In this document: positions 44,498 to 54,146 of the stretch, in pieces
Layout: each line of letters opens with the position of its first letter
How positions within the stretch are numbered: the first letter of the stretch is position 1
Assembly: GCA_026003395.1 (NCBI GenBank)
Contig: BPHE01000009.1
Location: 5,528-69,527 of the forward strand
DNA length: 64,000 nucleotides
Direction: 5' to 3'
From: Vicingaceae bacterium
GTDB lineage: Bacteria; Bacteroidota; Bacteroidia; Flavobacteriales_E; Vicingaceae
Translations under genes and position numbers: made by a program
The notes under the pieces: generated by a model
What the model was told of the DNA's origin: nothing
What the model saw: only the letters and a program-made list of their open reading frames with translations
Database searches by the model: none

Positions 44498-46765
44498 ATG
44501 AAAGTAAAACTACAATTTTTCATAATTCCCCTGTTAATTCTAAAAACTTCGGTTATATCAAACCTATATGCACAGGGAGCATATGGCTCGGTTAGATATG
44601 ACAGCATTCCTTTTTTTCACAACAACGACTCTTTGTTGAATCCCTTTACGGGAGGATTTAACAATCCTCAATTTTCACTTGGAGATTTAAATGGCGACGG
44701 CAAAAAAGACCTTTTTGTTTTTGACCGTTCAGGCAACAAGCCGATGGTGTTTATCAATGAAGGATCGCCCGGCAACCCCAAATATGTTTTCAAACATCAA
44801 TTTATGTCTTATTTTCCTTCTCCATCACAATACTCACCTTACATAGAAAGTTGGGCCTTGATAAGGGACTTTAATTGCGATGGTGTAGGGGATTTGTTTG
44901 CTTCGGCTCCGGGAGGTATCATGGTTTTTCGGAACGACGGGATTGCATATCCTCAGTTCACTTCTATAACCGGATTGCTTCTCTCCAATTATCAACCCAA
45001 CAATTTAAACATTTATGTGAGCTCAGCCGATATTCCGGGGATTGATGATGTCGATAAAGACGGTGACCTGGATATTTTGACTTTTGATGTGTTGGGTTCG
45101 CGACTCGAGTATCATCGTAACTATTCTATGGAAAATACCGGTTCTTGTGATACTCTTTGGTATGTTTTGAAAAACAAATGTTGGGGGCACTTCACTGAAA
45201 ATTCTTTTAATAATTCGATCAACCTATTCGATACCTGCAATTACAACGTGGCTTCACCCCAAAGGACCGGGCAGGGCAACAAACATGCGGGTTCGACAGT
45301 TTGTATCATAGAAACAAACAATAACGATGCCCGTGACCTTGTTTTAGGAGACATCTCGTTCCCCAATCTAACTCTGCTTACAAATTGTGCCACCCTTCCC
45401 AACTTAAATTCTTCAATGTGTTCCGCTGATACGGCTTTCCCTAAGAACCATACGAATACGATTGCTTCGGGGGTCCGTAACTTTCCCGCGGCATTTTGGC
45501 TTGATGTCAATGATGACGGTAAACGTGATTTGTTGGTTACGCCCAATGCCGCCGGCACGCTTGTTTCCGATAATTTTTTTAATGTATGGTATTATCAAAA
45601 CAATGGTTCCGACCTGAATCCTTCGTATAACCTTGTTTCAAAAAGGTTTCTTGCAGAAACTGCCGTAGATGTTGGAGAAGGGGCAAACGTTACCATGGCA
45701 GACTTAGACCAGGATGGCTTGTTGGATCTTTTCATCGGCAATTTCGCTTATTATGATTCCACCGGTGGAATGATAGCTTATTACAAAAACATAGGCACGG
45801 CAACCGCGCCGAAATTTAAACTCATTACCCATAATTTTGCCAACTTGCCCTCATACAATTTGAACACAACGTTGAATTTGCCTGCCAAAGCAATTGCCCC
45901 GACATTTGGAGACCTTGACGGTGACGGTGATGTAGATATGATTGTGGGAGACAGCGAAGGAAAAGTACACCTTTTCACCAATAACGGCAACGGAAACTTC
46001 TCACTTGCACAAGCCAATCTTTCTTCGATTGATGTGGGGGAATATGCTGCCCCTCAATTATTTGACCTTAATGGAGACGGACTGTTGGACCTCATTATTG
46101 GAGAAAAAGATGGCAATTTGAATTATTACGAAAATACAGGCACAGCATCCTCTCCTGTTTTCACATTGATAACTCAAAATCTTGGCAACGTTCAAGTCAA
46201 AAAATGGTGGGATTATCAAGGTTATAGTTATCCTTTCTTTTTCCATCATGGGCAAGATATACGTTTATTATGTGGAAGCAAATCCGGATACATTTATTAT
46301 TACGACAGCATCCAAAACAATCTTAATGGAAGTTTTCACCTGGTTGACACCATGTTTATGGATATTTGGGAAGGCATAAGATCAACCGTTGCCGGAGGTT
46401 TTTTTATGGGCAATGACACTTTGGTAGATTTTTTTGTAGGAACATACAATGGTGGAGTGGCTCCTCATAAAGGAACAGGTTATATTGCACCTTCTTCGGT
46501 TGATATCTATTCATTGCCGATAGATGCGGAAATTTATCCGGTTCCTGCATCAGACCATTTTTTGGTTCGCATACGTGAAGCATATTTGCGATTGAGTGAT
46601 CTTACCATAATAATATACAACCTTGCCGGGCAAATAGTGGGGAGTTATCCCTATTCCATGAATCCTGTCGATGTTAATCATCTTCCCGGCGGATTTTACC
46701 TGGTTAAGTTAGAGTGGAAAGGTAAGAAATTAAACTTTACGGGTAAACTAACCATAATCAGGTAG
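44498..46765 (+). CDS. FG-GAP/VCBS-repeat secreted protein with T9SS type A CTD
   Basis: Repeated DxxxDGxxD motifs (DLNGDGKKD, DVDKDGDLD, DLDGDGDVD); C-terminal IYPVPA...IYNLAGQ...GFYLVK. Confidence 0.9.
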   Translation: MKVKLQFFIIPLLILKTSVISNLYAQGAYGSVRYDSIPFFHNNDSLLNPFTGGFNNPQFSLGDLNGDGKKDLFVFDRSGNKPMVFINEGSPGNPKYVFKHQFMSYFPSPSQYSPYIESWALIRDFNCDGVGDLFASAPGGIMVFRNDGIAYPQFTSITGLLLSNYQPNNLNIYVSSADIPGIDDVDKDGDLDILTFDVLGSRLEYHRNYSMENTGSCDTLWYVLKNKCWGHFTENSFNNSINLFDTCNYNVASPQRTGQGNKHAGSTVCIIETNNNDARDLVLGDISFPNLTLLTNCATLPNLNSSMCSADTAFPKNHTNTIASGVRNFPAAFWLDVNDDGKRDLLVTPNAAGTLVSDNFFNVWYYQNNGSDLNPSYNLVSKRFLAETAVDVGEGANVTMADLDQDGLLDLFIGNFAYYDSTGGMIAYYKNIGTATAPKFKLITHNFANLPSYNLNTTLNLPAKAIAPTFGDLDGDGDVDMIVGDSEGKVHLFTNNGNGNFSLAQANLSSIDVGEYAAPQLFDLNGDGLLDLIIGEKDGNLNYYENTGTASSPVFTLITQNLGNVQVKKWWDYQGYSYPFFFHHGQDIRLLCGSKSGYIYYYDSIQNNLNGSFHLVDTMFMDIWEGIRSTVAGGFFMGNDTLVDFFVGTYNGGVAPHKGTGYIAPSSVDIYSLPIDAEIYPVPASDHFLVRIREAYLRLSDLTIIIYNLAGQIVGSYPYSMNPVDVNHLPGGFYLVKLEWKGKKLNFTGKLTIIR

Positions 46766-46785
46766 TGATTTTCTGCATAAAAATA

Positions 46786-46812
46786 AAAAGGGGCAATTAT
46801 AGCCCCTTTTTT
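46786..46812. terminator. Bidirectional intrinsic terminator
   Basis: AAAAGGGGC-aattata-GCCCCTTTTTT between convergent genes. Confidence 0.8.
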
Positions 46813-46839
46813 CAGTTGTTTAAAATAAGATAAAATAAA

Positions 46840-47784
46840 TTAGCTGCAAAGTTTCATTTCGTCAAGCACATTCATAACAGTTTTTACTGCATCAGCCGAT
46901 TGATACAGCAATGCCTTTTCTTCTTCGTTAAGATCGAGTTCTATAATTTTTTCCACTCCATTTTTTCCAAGAATCACAGGAACACCCAGATAAATATCCT
47001 TTAAACCATATTCCCCATTCAAGTATGCACAAACGGGTAAAATTCTCCTTTGATTCTTGATGATTGCTTCAACCATTTGTGCTGCAGACGCACCCGGCGC
47101 ATACCATGCAGAAGTGCCAAGCAATTTTACGATTTCCCCTCCACCAAATTTGGTTCGTTCAATGATGGCATCCAACTTCTCTTTTGAAATCAACTGGGTA
47201 ACGGGGATTCCGGAAACAGTGGTATATCTTGGCAAGGGAACCATCGTGTCTCCGTGACCACCGAGTAGCATTGCCTGAATGTCTTTGACCGATACATTCA
47301 GCTCCTCGGCCAAAAAGGCACGGTAACGGGCAGTGTCCAGCACACCGGCCATTCCAAATACTCTCGATGAATCCACCTTGGCAGTAAGATAGGCACAATA
47401 TGTCATTACGTCCAATGGATTGGATACTACAATGATGATGGCATTGGGAGAATATTTGATGACATTTTCCGTCACACTTTTGACAATGTTTGCATTGGTC
47501 GAAATTAAATCGTCACGGCTCATTCCGGGTTTTCTTGGCAACCCCGACGTGATTACAACTACATCAGAATTTTTGGTTTTTTCATAATCGTTGGTCGAAC
47601 CATATACTCTTGTGTCGTAAAGTTCGACAGGTGCTGTTTCCCATATGTCAAGAGCTTTGCCTTCGGCAAACCCCTCTTTGATGTCCAACAGCACTACCTC
47701 TTCTACAATTTCTTTTCTGGCAATGACATCGGCACATGTTGCGCCTACGTTGCCTGCTCCTATTACTGATACTTTCATAGTCAT
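46840..47784 (-). CDS. mdh: Malate dehydrogenase (LDH-like)
   Basis: GAGNVG, PRKPGMSRDDL, VSNPLD, LDTAR, GGHGD, GGGEIV. Confidence 0.96.
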   Translation of the reverse strand: MTMKVSVIGAGNVGATCADVIARKEIVEEVVLLDIKEGFAEGKALDIWETAPVELYDTRVYGSTNDYEKTKNSDVVVITSGLPRKPGMSRDDLISTNANIVKSVTENVIKYSPNAIIIVVSNPLDVMTYCAYLTAKVDSSRVFGMAGVLDTARYRAFLAEELNVSVKDIQAMLLGGHGDTMVPLPRYTTVSGIPVTQLISKEKLDAIIERTKFGGGEIVKLLGTSAWYAPGASAAQMVEAIIKNQRRILPVCAYLNGEYGLKDIYLGVPVILGKNGVEKIIELDLNEEEKALLYQSADAVKTVMNVLDEMKLCS

Positions 47785-47944
47785 TTGTTTTTGCCCGCTA
47801 AATTATAAAACTCATTAAAATTCAAAAGATTTTTTATCAATTTTTTTAAGTACATCTATTTTTGTAAATTAAAAATATGAATTACTTTAATTTTAGAATG
47901 TTTGATTTAAAGATATTTTCGCAAAAAAATTAATAATCTCTTAG

Positions 47945-47969
47945 GCAACCATTTTACGAACGTTGCGTT
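47945..47969 (+). promoter_or_regulatory. Candidate ECF autoregulatory promoter
   Basis: GCAAC-N16-CGTT just upstream of the ECF sigma start; fits the general ECF AAC/CGT consensus. Confidence 0.55.
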
Positions 47970-47984
47970 TTTAAGCTGAGATGA

Positions 47985-48557
47985 ATGAAAAAATTAACAG
48001 AAAAAGAATTATTAAAAGCCATTGAAGGGTGTAAAAAAAATGACCGACAAAGTCAAAAAATAATATATATGCATTATTATTCCACATTATTGCCTGTCTG
48101 CTATCGATACACATCCAACCGCGATGAAGCTCTTGACTTGTTACATGATGTTTTTTTAAAAATTTTTGAGAAAATAAAAAAATATAAACATACGGGTTCA
48201 TTTGAAGGATGGTTAAAACGATTAACTGTAAACTATGCCATTGATCGATATAGAAAAAACAAAAATATCCGCCCCCTTTCCACAGATGACGAAGAACACC
48301 CCATTCAAATTAGCGAAGTAGAGCCGGATGATGATTCAATTTTTACCCGGGTCTCTTCTTCCGATTTGGTGGATGCCATACGTCAATTGCCTGATGGGTA
48401 CAAAATGGTATTTTGTTTGTATTATTTAGAAGAAATGTCACATAAAGAGATAGCCGAAAAACTAAATATAAATGAAGGGACTTCAAAATCCAATTTGTTT
48501 AAAGCAAAAGCAAAACTAAAAGATATTTTAACCAAAAAATTATTGTTAAAATCATGA
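47985..48557 (+). CDS. ECF (sigma-70 group 4) RNA polymerase sigma factor
   Basis: Region 2 DLLHDVFLKIF...SFEGWLKRL; region 4 LPDGYKMVF...SHKEIAEKLNINEGTSKSNL. Confidence 0.95.
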   Translation: MKKLTEKELLKAIEGCKKNDRQSQKIIYMHYYSTLLPVCYRYTSNRDEALDLLHDVFLKIFEKIKKYKHTGSFEGWLKRLTVNYAIDRYRKNKNIRPLSTDDEEHPIQISEVEPDDDSIFTRVSSSDLVDAIRQLPDGYKMVFCLYYLEEMSHKEIAEKLNINEGTSKSNLFKAKAKLKDILTKKLLLKS

Positions 48558-49903
48558 CACCACAAGACAAAAAATTGAGTCAATTATTGCAAGAAAAACT
48601 CAATCGGTTGCCTGACGTAGACACCCAACCCCAATGGGAGAGAATGGAGCAATTGCTTCGTAAAAAATCATATTGGAGTAACTTGAAAACAGCATCTGCA
48701 ATTTTGATGCTTACCGCTTCTGTTGCCGGATTGAGCTATTTTGTAAGCATCAATGGAAACCTGAAGCACCAAGAAGACGGGCATTCGCAATCTATACATA
48801 AGCCGGACATCTCTCAAAAATTGTCAGAAAAACAGACATTCCGGCAAAATAATGATGAAACATTTTCCAACTCATCCAATACGGTTGTGAATGAAAATGT
48901 CAATATACAAGAAAAAGAAAGCTATAATGTTGTAAAAGAGAAAAATATCGATAACAAAGCCAAAAACAACTGTAATGATGCAAACAATACCACTACTTCT
49001 CAAGTAGCATTTCAAGATAAAAATCAAAAAACAATATCGAACGAAAACATGTCGGAAAATAAAACAAACAGTCCGCAACACTCCAATCAAGACATACCTG
49101 AATTCCATATTCTAAGCAGCAAGCCCGAATATTGTGAAGGGGAAATTATGGTATTTAAAACCGACCTTCAAGATAAAAATTTCACCAAACAATGGTTTGT
49201 CAATGGTGAATTTTACGCTTCAGGAAATGCAATATCTATTCCTGCAGAGTTGGATGAAAAAGGTAATGAATATGAAATTACCTTAATTGTACAAGATATA
49301 AAAAACAAAGAAACATCAACGAGCAAGACGCTCAAAGTAGACGTTTATCCTTTGCCTGAGCCCGAAATAAAATACAAAGAATTATATAAGGAAAACGAGG
49401 AAGAATACTTATTTAATCCTTATTGGGAATTTGAGACCTCAGGGCACTACAAACAAATTGAATGGCAACTTGGACAAGGAGAATACGCAAGAGGCAATAA
49501 GGTTCAAACTATTTATAAAAACCCGGGTATTTATGAGGTAAAGCTGACCGTAGTGGACAATAACGGATGTAAAGGCACTGCATTTAAAAAAATATATGTC
49601 GACAAAAAATATGATGTATTTGCACCCAATGCATTCACACCCGATCAGGATGGCTTGAACGACGAATTTATTCCCAAAGCATTAGAAAATACTACTGTTG
49701 AATATCTATTGGAAGTTTCGGACAGTGAGGGAAATATTGTGTTCAGATCAAATGATTTAAACAAAGCATGGAATGGAAAAATGATGAATATAGGCGATCC
49801 TATGCCTGAAGGAACTTATTTTTGGACTTGCACCATAAAAGATAAAAACGGAAAAACTCATCAATGGAACGGTCAGGTATTGTTGTTGAGAGAGAAAAAT
49901 TAA
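48554..49903 (+). CDS. Putative anti-sigma factor: cytoplasmic N-domain, TM, disordered linker, Ig/PKD domains, T9SS type B (gliding motility-associated) CTD
   Basis: ATGA overlap with sigma; WERMEQLL; TM at aa ~47-66; PKD-like WQLGQG...YKNPGIYEVKLTV; CTD VFAPNAFTPDQDGLNDEF...WNG...PEGTYFW...GQVLLLR. Confidence 0.75.
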   Translation: MTPQDKKLSQLLQEKLNRLPDVDTQPQWERMEQLLRKKSYWSNLKTASAILMLTASVAGLSYFVSINGNLKHQEDGHSQSIHKPDISQKLSEKQTFRQNNDETFSNSSNTVVNENVNIQEKESYNVVKEKNIDNKAKNNCNDANNTTTSQVAFQDKNQKTISNENMSENKTNSPQHSNQDIPEFHILSSKPEYCEGEIMVFKTDLQDKNFTKQWFVNGEFYASGNAISIPAELDEKGNEYEITLIVQDIKNKETSTSKTLKVDVYPLPEPEIKYKELYKENEEEYLFNPYWEFETSGHYKQIEWQLGQGEYARGNKVQTIYKNPGIYEVKLTVVDNNGCKGTAFKKIYVDKKYDVFAPNAFTPDQDGLNDEFIPKALENTTVEYLLEVSDSEGNIVFRSNDLNKAWNGKMMNIGDPMPEGTYFWTCTIKDKNGKTHQWNGQVLLLREKN

Positions 49904-49969
49904 CCGTATTTTAAAACTTTATTGCCGATTTAAAGAATGTTTGTGGATGAAATTTAATGACAAAAAAAG

Positions 49970-49994
49970 AACGCTACAGATGTAGCGTTTTTTT
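49970..49994 (+). terminator. Intrinsic terminator after the sigma/anti-sigma pair
   Basis: AACGCTACA-ga-TGTAGCGTT followed by a T-run. Confidence 0.75.
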
Positions 49995-50082
49995 AGTAAA
50001 ATAATTTTAACGTGCAACTTTTAACATTTTTTTGCTGTCTTATGTAAAAATACTATATTTGTTGACACAAAATATTATTTAT

Positions 50083-51126
50083 ATGAAATATAAATTTTTA
50101 TTGATAGTCGTTTTAGTGTTGAATTTTTCGAATATACTGTTTTCCCAAAACAATGTGGGAATCAACACCAGCACGCCGGACAATAGCGCCATGCTTGATG
50201 TAGTAGCCAACGACAAAGGGGTTTTGATACCTCGGTTAAATTCTGTACAAATGTTGGCGATTCCAAACCCTGCCAAAGGTCTGTTGATTTTCAACACCGA
50301 CAGTAACTGTTTTTGTTACAATGCAGGTACTCCGTTATTGCCCAACTGGGTATCATTATGTAGTGCAGGAGGATCAGGATCGCCCGGTCCGCAAGGCCCG
50401 ACAGGTCCAACCGGTCCCACAGGAGCACAAGGATTGCCCGGGCCACAAGGTCCGACAGGTCCACCGGAGCACAAGGTCCGGCAGGTCCACAAGGGTCCTA
50501 CAGGGCCGACCGGAGCACAAGGACCACAGGGGATACAAGGTCCAACCGGTCCAACCGGAGCACAGGGTCCGGCAGGTCCACAGGGTCCTACAGGGCCGAC
50601 CGGAGCACAAGGACCACAGGGGATACAAGGTCCAACCGGTCCAACTGGAGCGCAGGGTCCGGCAGGTCCACAGGGACCACAGGGTCCTACAGGACCACAG
50701 GGCCCTACGGGGGTTACATTTAAAACCGGTATTTATCTGACTTCTTCAGTAACTATAAATACAGCCACATGGGCAAATGTGCCGGGTATGTCGTTAACTT
50801 TTACCGCTCAAAATAGTAGTGCTTTAATTTTATTTACGGCCTCAGGTTATGGCTACACAAATTCTATGGCTTACGTGCAATTTAGAATATTAAACAATGG
50901 CTCCCCTATAGGAAGTACAAATACAAAAATACAAAGTTATGATGATTGGACCGGAACCGTAACACCTTGGAGTTGTTCATTTTCCAGGGTTATAACAGGA
51001 TTAATTCCCGGAAATACTTATACATTGACCGTACAAGGACAAAGAGGAGGAATTTTAGGTGTTTATGATGCAATAATTGATCCTTCCTTGGCTGGTCATC
51101 ACATGGCTTTAAATGTTGTACAATAG
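50083..51126 (+). CDS. Collagen-like (Gly-X-Y) exported protein 1 with short beta-rich C-terminal head
   Basis: Start at ATG 50083 (MKYKFLL, signal peptide); [13 protein letters not shown]-domain; [11 protein letters not shown] repeats; compensating -1/+1 indels near 50463 and 50492. Confidence 0.88.
   Translation: MKYKFLLIVVLVLNFSNILFSQNNVGINTSTPDNSAMLDVVANDKGVLIPRLNSVQMLAIPNPAKGLLIFNTDSNCFCYNAGTPLLPNWVSLCSAGGSGSPGPQGPTGPTGPTGAQGLPGPQGPTGPPEHKVRQVHKGPTGPTGAQGPQGIQGPTGPTGAQGPAGPQGPTGPTGAQGPQGIQGPTGPTGAQGPAGPQGPQGPTGPQGPTGVTFKTGIYLTSSVTINTATWANVPGMSLTFTAQNSSALILFTASGYGYTNSMAYVQFRILNNGSPIGSTNTKIQSYDDWTGTVTPWSCSFSRVITGLIPGNTYTLTVQGQRGGILGVYDAIIDPSLAGHHMALNVVQ
50140..50462 (+). repeat. Direct repeat of about 320 bp shared by the two collagen-like genes (partner at 51200-51522)
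   Basis: Offset 1060; four mismatches seen. Confidence 0.93.
50481..50670 (+). repeat. 90-bp tandem repeat (about 2 units) in the collagen region of gene 1
   Basis: GGGTCCTACAGGGCCGACCGGAGCACAAGGACCACAGGGGATACAAGG recurs at 50493 and 50583. Confidence 0.85.
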
Positions 51127-51142
51127 ATAAAAATTTACCATT

Positions 51143-53104
51143 ATGATAAAAAAATGTAGTTTTTTTCTGATATTGTGTGTAATTTATGCTATCGGTGTTT
51201 TTTCCCAAAACAATGTGGGAATCAACACCAGCACGCCGGACAATAGCGCTATGCTTGATGTAGTAGCCAACGACAAAGGGGTTTTGATACCTCGGTTAAA
51301 TTCTGTACAAATGTTGGCGATTCCAAACCCTGCCAAAGGTCTGTTGATTTTCAACACCGACAGTAACTGTTTTTGTTACAATGCAGGTACTCCGTTATTG
51401 CCCAACTGGATATCATTATGTAGTGCAGGAGGATCAGGATCACCCGGTCCGCAAGGCCCGACAGGTCCAACCGGTCCCACAGGAGCACAAGGATTGCCCG
51501 GTCCACAAGGTCCGACAGGTCCGACCGGGGCACAAGGTCCGGCAGGTCCACAAGGTCCGACAGGTCCCACTGGGGCACAAGGTCCGGCAGGCCCACAAGG
51601 TCCGACAGGTCCTACCGGGGCACAAGGTCCGGCAGGTCCACAAGGTCCGACAGGTCCTACTGGGGCACAAGGTCCGGCAGGTCCACAAGGTCCGACAGGT
51701 CCGACAGGTCCTACCTGGACATTGTCTACTATTACATATAATTCCAATGGAACCATTACTCTAAATGGTACAGCCGGTTCGGGAGGACCTATTTCAACCA
51801 CAGGTGGTGCCTGGTTGACAACCGGAAATACGGGAACTACGCCTGCAAGCAATTGGATAGGAACGAATGATAACGTTGATTGGGTGATGAGAACCAATAA
51901 TACCGAAAGGGCCAGAATAACCAATGACGGAAGGTATTTGATCAATCTTGCCACTCCAAATGCCGGCGAAAGATTAACCGTGAATGCAGGAACAGGGTTT
52001 GATGCGGTAAATGGCTATGCTGCAGGTACAAACTTCGGAGGATATTTTCAAAGTACAGGAGGTGCAGGTGTGGGTGCATTCGGCGCAAATGACAATGCAA
52101 GTGGTGCAGGATTGTTTGGACTTAATACTTCAACCGGTGCCGGTACGGTGGGACAAGCAAATTTAGGCAATGGTACGGGTGTTGTAGGTGTCAATTTTGC
52201 TGCCGCAGGAGCGGGTAATGGAGATGGTGTCTATGGTACCACTGCACAAAGCGCAGGATTTGGAGTTTTTGGTACAAACACTAATACGAGCGGAACAGGA
52301 ATTGTCGGTGCCGGAAATAATACAACAGCCGGTTATATAACCACCGGTAGTGGTGGAGCATTTACAGGAACCGGTTTGGGTATTTATGGTTATGCCAATA
52401 CAACTACCGGAACGGGTGCATTATTTAGAGGAAATAATGTCTCTCCTTTTTATACAGTGACAAATGGAAGTGGAAGTGCTTCGAACGGAACTACCCTTGG
52501 TGTGGTTGGTTATTCTTTAAGCACGACCGGTTCAACGGCAAGATTCGGTGGATATTTTGAACAAATTGCTACAATGATTTATGCGTATGTAGGTGGAATA
52601 ACTGCAACAAACACTGCCCGGAAAATAGAGGGTATGGGTACTGTAAATACCGTGGTGAAAGATGTCAATGGCAATCTTGTTGTGCTTTCTGCTCCCGAAG
52701 CACCCGAAAATTTATTCCAGGATTTCGGTGTGGGCCGTTTGGTCAATGGTCGTGCCCATATACAGTTAGATCCAAATTTTTCTAAAAATATTGTCGTCAA
52801 CGAAAAACATCCCTTAAGAGTATTTATTCAATTAAAAGGGGATTGTAAAGGGGTGTATGTTACCAATGAATCTGCTACCGGATTTGATGTGATAGAATTG
52901 CAAGGAGGAAATTCAAATGTGGAGTTTTATTGGTTTGTAACTGCCAATCGAGCTGATGAAGTGAATGCGGATGGAACCGTTGCCCGATATTCTGAAGAAA
53001 GATTTGCACCGGCCATTGGCCCACAACCTAAAACAGAGATGCAACAACGTGAAATAACACCTAGACAGATAAATACTCCTGTGAGAGAAATGAAAAGACG
53101 TTAA
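51143..53104 (+). CDS. Collagen-like exported protein 2 with long Gly-rich beta shaft and conserved C-terminal domain
   Basis: Same N-domain as gene 1; collagen repeats; WLTTGNTGT...IGTNDNVD...[12 protein letters not shown]-x-G repeats; [13 protein letters not shown]...WFVTANRAD. Confidence 0.88.
   Translation: MIKKCSFFLILCVIYAIGVFSQNNVGINTSTPDNSAMLDVVANDKGVLIPRLNSVQMLAIPNPAKGLLIFNTDSNCFCYNAGTPLLPNWISLCSAGGSGSPGPQGPTGPTGPTGAQGLPGPQGPTGPTGAQGPAGPQGPTGPTGAQGPAGPQGPTGPTGAQGPAGPQGPTGPTGAQGPAGPQGPTGPTGPTWTLSTITYNSNGTITLNGTAGSGGPISTTGGAWLTTGNTGTTPASNWIGTNDNVDWVMRTNNTERARITNDGRYLINLATPNAGERLTVNAGTGFDAVNGYAAGTNFGGYFQSTGGAGVGAFGANDNASGAGLFGLNTSTGAGTVGQANLGNGTGVVGVNFAAAGAGNGDGVYGTTAQSAGFGVFGTNTNTSGTGIVGAGNNTTAGYITTGSGGAFTGTGLGIYGYANTTTGTGALFRGNNVSPFYTVTNGSGSASNGTTLGVVGYSLSTTGSTARFGGYFEQIATMIYAYVGGITATNTARKIEGMGTVNTVVKDVNGNLVVLSAPEAPENLFQDFGVGRLVNGRAHIQLDPNFSKNIVVNEKHPLRVFIQLKGDCKGVYVTNESATGFDVIELQGGNSNVEFYWFVTANRADEVNADGTVARYSEERFAPAIGPQPKTEMQQREITPRQINTPVREMKRR
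51500..51715 (+). repeat. 45-bp tandem repeats ([15 protein letters not shown], about 4-5 units)
   Basis: GGTCCACAAGGTCCGACAGGTCCNACYGGGGCACAAGGTCCGGCA units. Confidence 0.85.
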
Positions 53105-53133
53105 ATGAATCCTGATGCATATCCATAGATGTG

Positions 53134-53161
53134 AAGCCGGGTTTTACCCCGGCTTTTTTTT
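53134..53161 (+). terminator. Intrinsic terminator after the collagen-like gene pair
   Basis: AAGCCGGG-ttttac-CCCGGCTT followed by a T-run. Confidence 0.85.
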
Positions 53162-53201
53162 AAAATTTATATTTTTACGGCGAAAATCAAAAAGCTTAAG
53201 C

Positions 53202-54146
53202 ATGGATAAAAAATCAAGAATATATGTGGCAGGTCACAGAGGTATGGTGGGATCCGCATTGTTAAGAAAGTTGCAAAAAGAAGGATTTGAAAATATTATC
53301 ACCCGGACTTCAAGTGAATTGGATCTTACCAGGCAATATGATGTAGAGAAATTTTTTGAAGAAAATCGTCCTGATTATGTTTTTTTGGCTGCTGCAAAAG
53401 TGGGAGGAATCCTGGCAAACAATACTTACCGCGCAGATTTTATATACAAAAATTTAATGATAGAAGCAAATGTAATCCATGCATCTTATCTTTACGGTGT
53501 TAAAAAACTTTTGTTTCTGGGATCATCATGTATCTATCCAAAAATGGCACCACAGCCGATGAAAGAGGAATATCTGCTCACCGGACCTTTGGAATGCACA
53601 AACGAACCTTATGCCATAGCCAAAATAACCGGCATAAAACTTTGTGAAAATTACAGGAAACAGTACGGATGTAATTTTATATCCGTAATGCCTACAAACT
53701 TATATGGGCCCAATGACAATTATGACTTGCAAAATTCACACGTCTTGCCGGCATTGTTGAGAAAATTTCATACAGCCAAAATAAAAGGGTTGCCTTATGT
53801 TGAGATATGGGGTACAGGCACGCCCAAAAGAGAATTTCTGCATGTGGATGACCTTGCCGATGCCTGTTTGTTTTTAATGGAAAAATATGACGGGGACCTA
53901 TGGTTGAATGTAGGTACCGGTAAGGATATCAGCATCAAGGATCTGGCTTTGATGATAAAAGAAATTGTGGGTTATGAAGGAGAATTAAAATTTGACACGA
54001 CAAAACCGGACGGAACCCCAAGAAAATTGTTGGATGTCAGCAGAATTCATGCTTTGGGATGGAAGCACAAAATAGAACTTGATACAGGTATTCGCATGGT
54101 ATATGAGCAGGAAGTGAAAAAAATGGAATTTTTTGAAAATGCATGA
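53202..54146 (+). CDS. fcl: GDP-L-fucose synthase
   Basis: [47 protein letters not shown]; start at MDKKSRIY. Confidence 0.96.
   Translation: MDKKSRIYVAGHRGMVGSALLRKLQKEGFENIITRTSSELDLTRQYDVEKFFEENRPDYVFLAAAKVGGILANNTYRADFIYKNLMIEANVIHASYLYGVKKLLFLGSSCIYPKMAPQPMKEEYLLTGPLECTNEPYAIAKITGIKLCENYRKQYGCNFISVMPTNLYGPNDNYDLQNSHVLPALLRKFHTAKIKGLPYVEIWGTGTPKREFLHVDDLADACLFLMEKYDGDLWLNVGTGKDISIKDLALMIKEIVGYEGELKFDTTKPDGTPRKLLDVSRIHALGWKHKIELDTGIRMVYEQEVKKMEFFENA

Noticed and set aside
50380..51715. Periodic GGTCC/ACAGG repeats resembling a CRISPR or satellite array
   Set aside because: They are in-frame Gly-Pro-X collagen codons with no unique spacers, and no cas genes are nearby.
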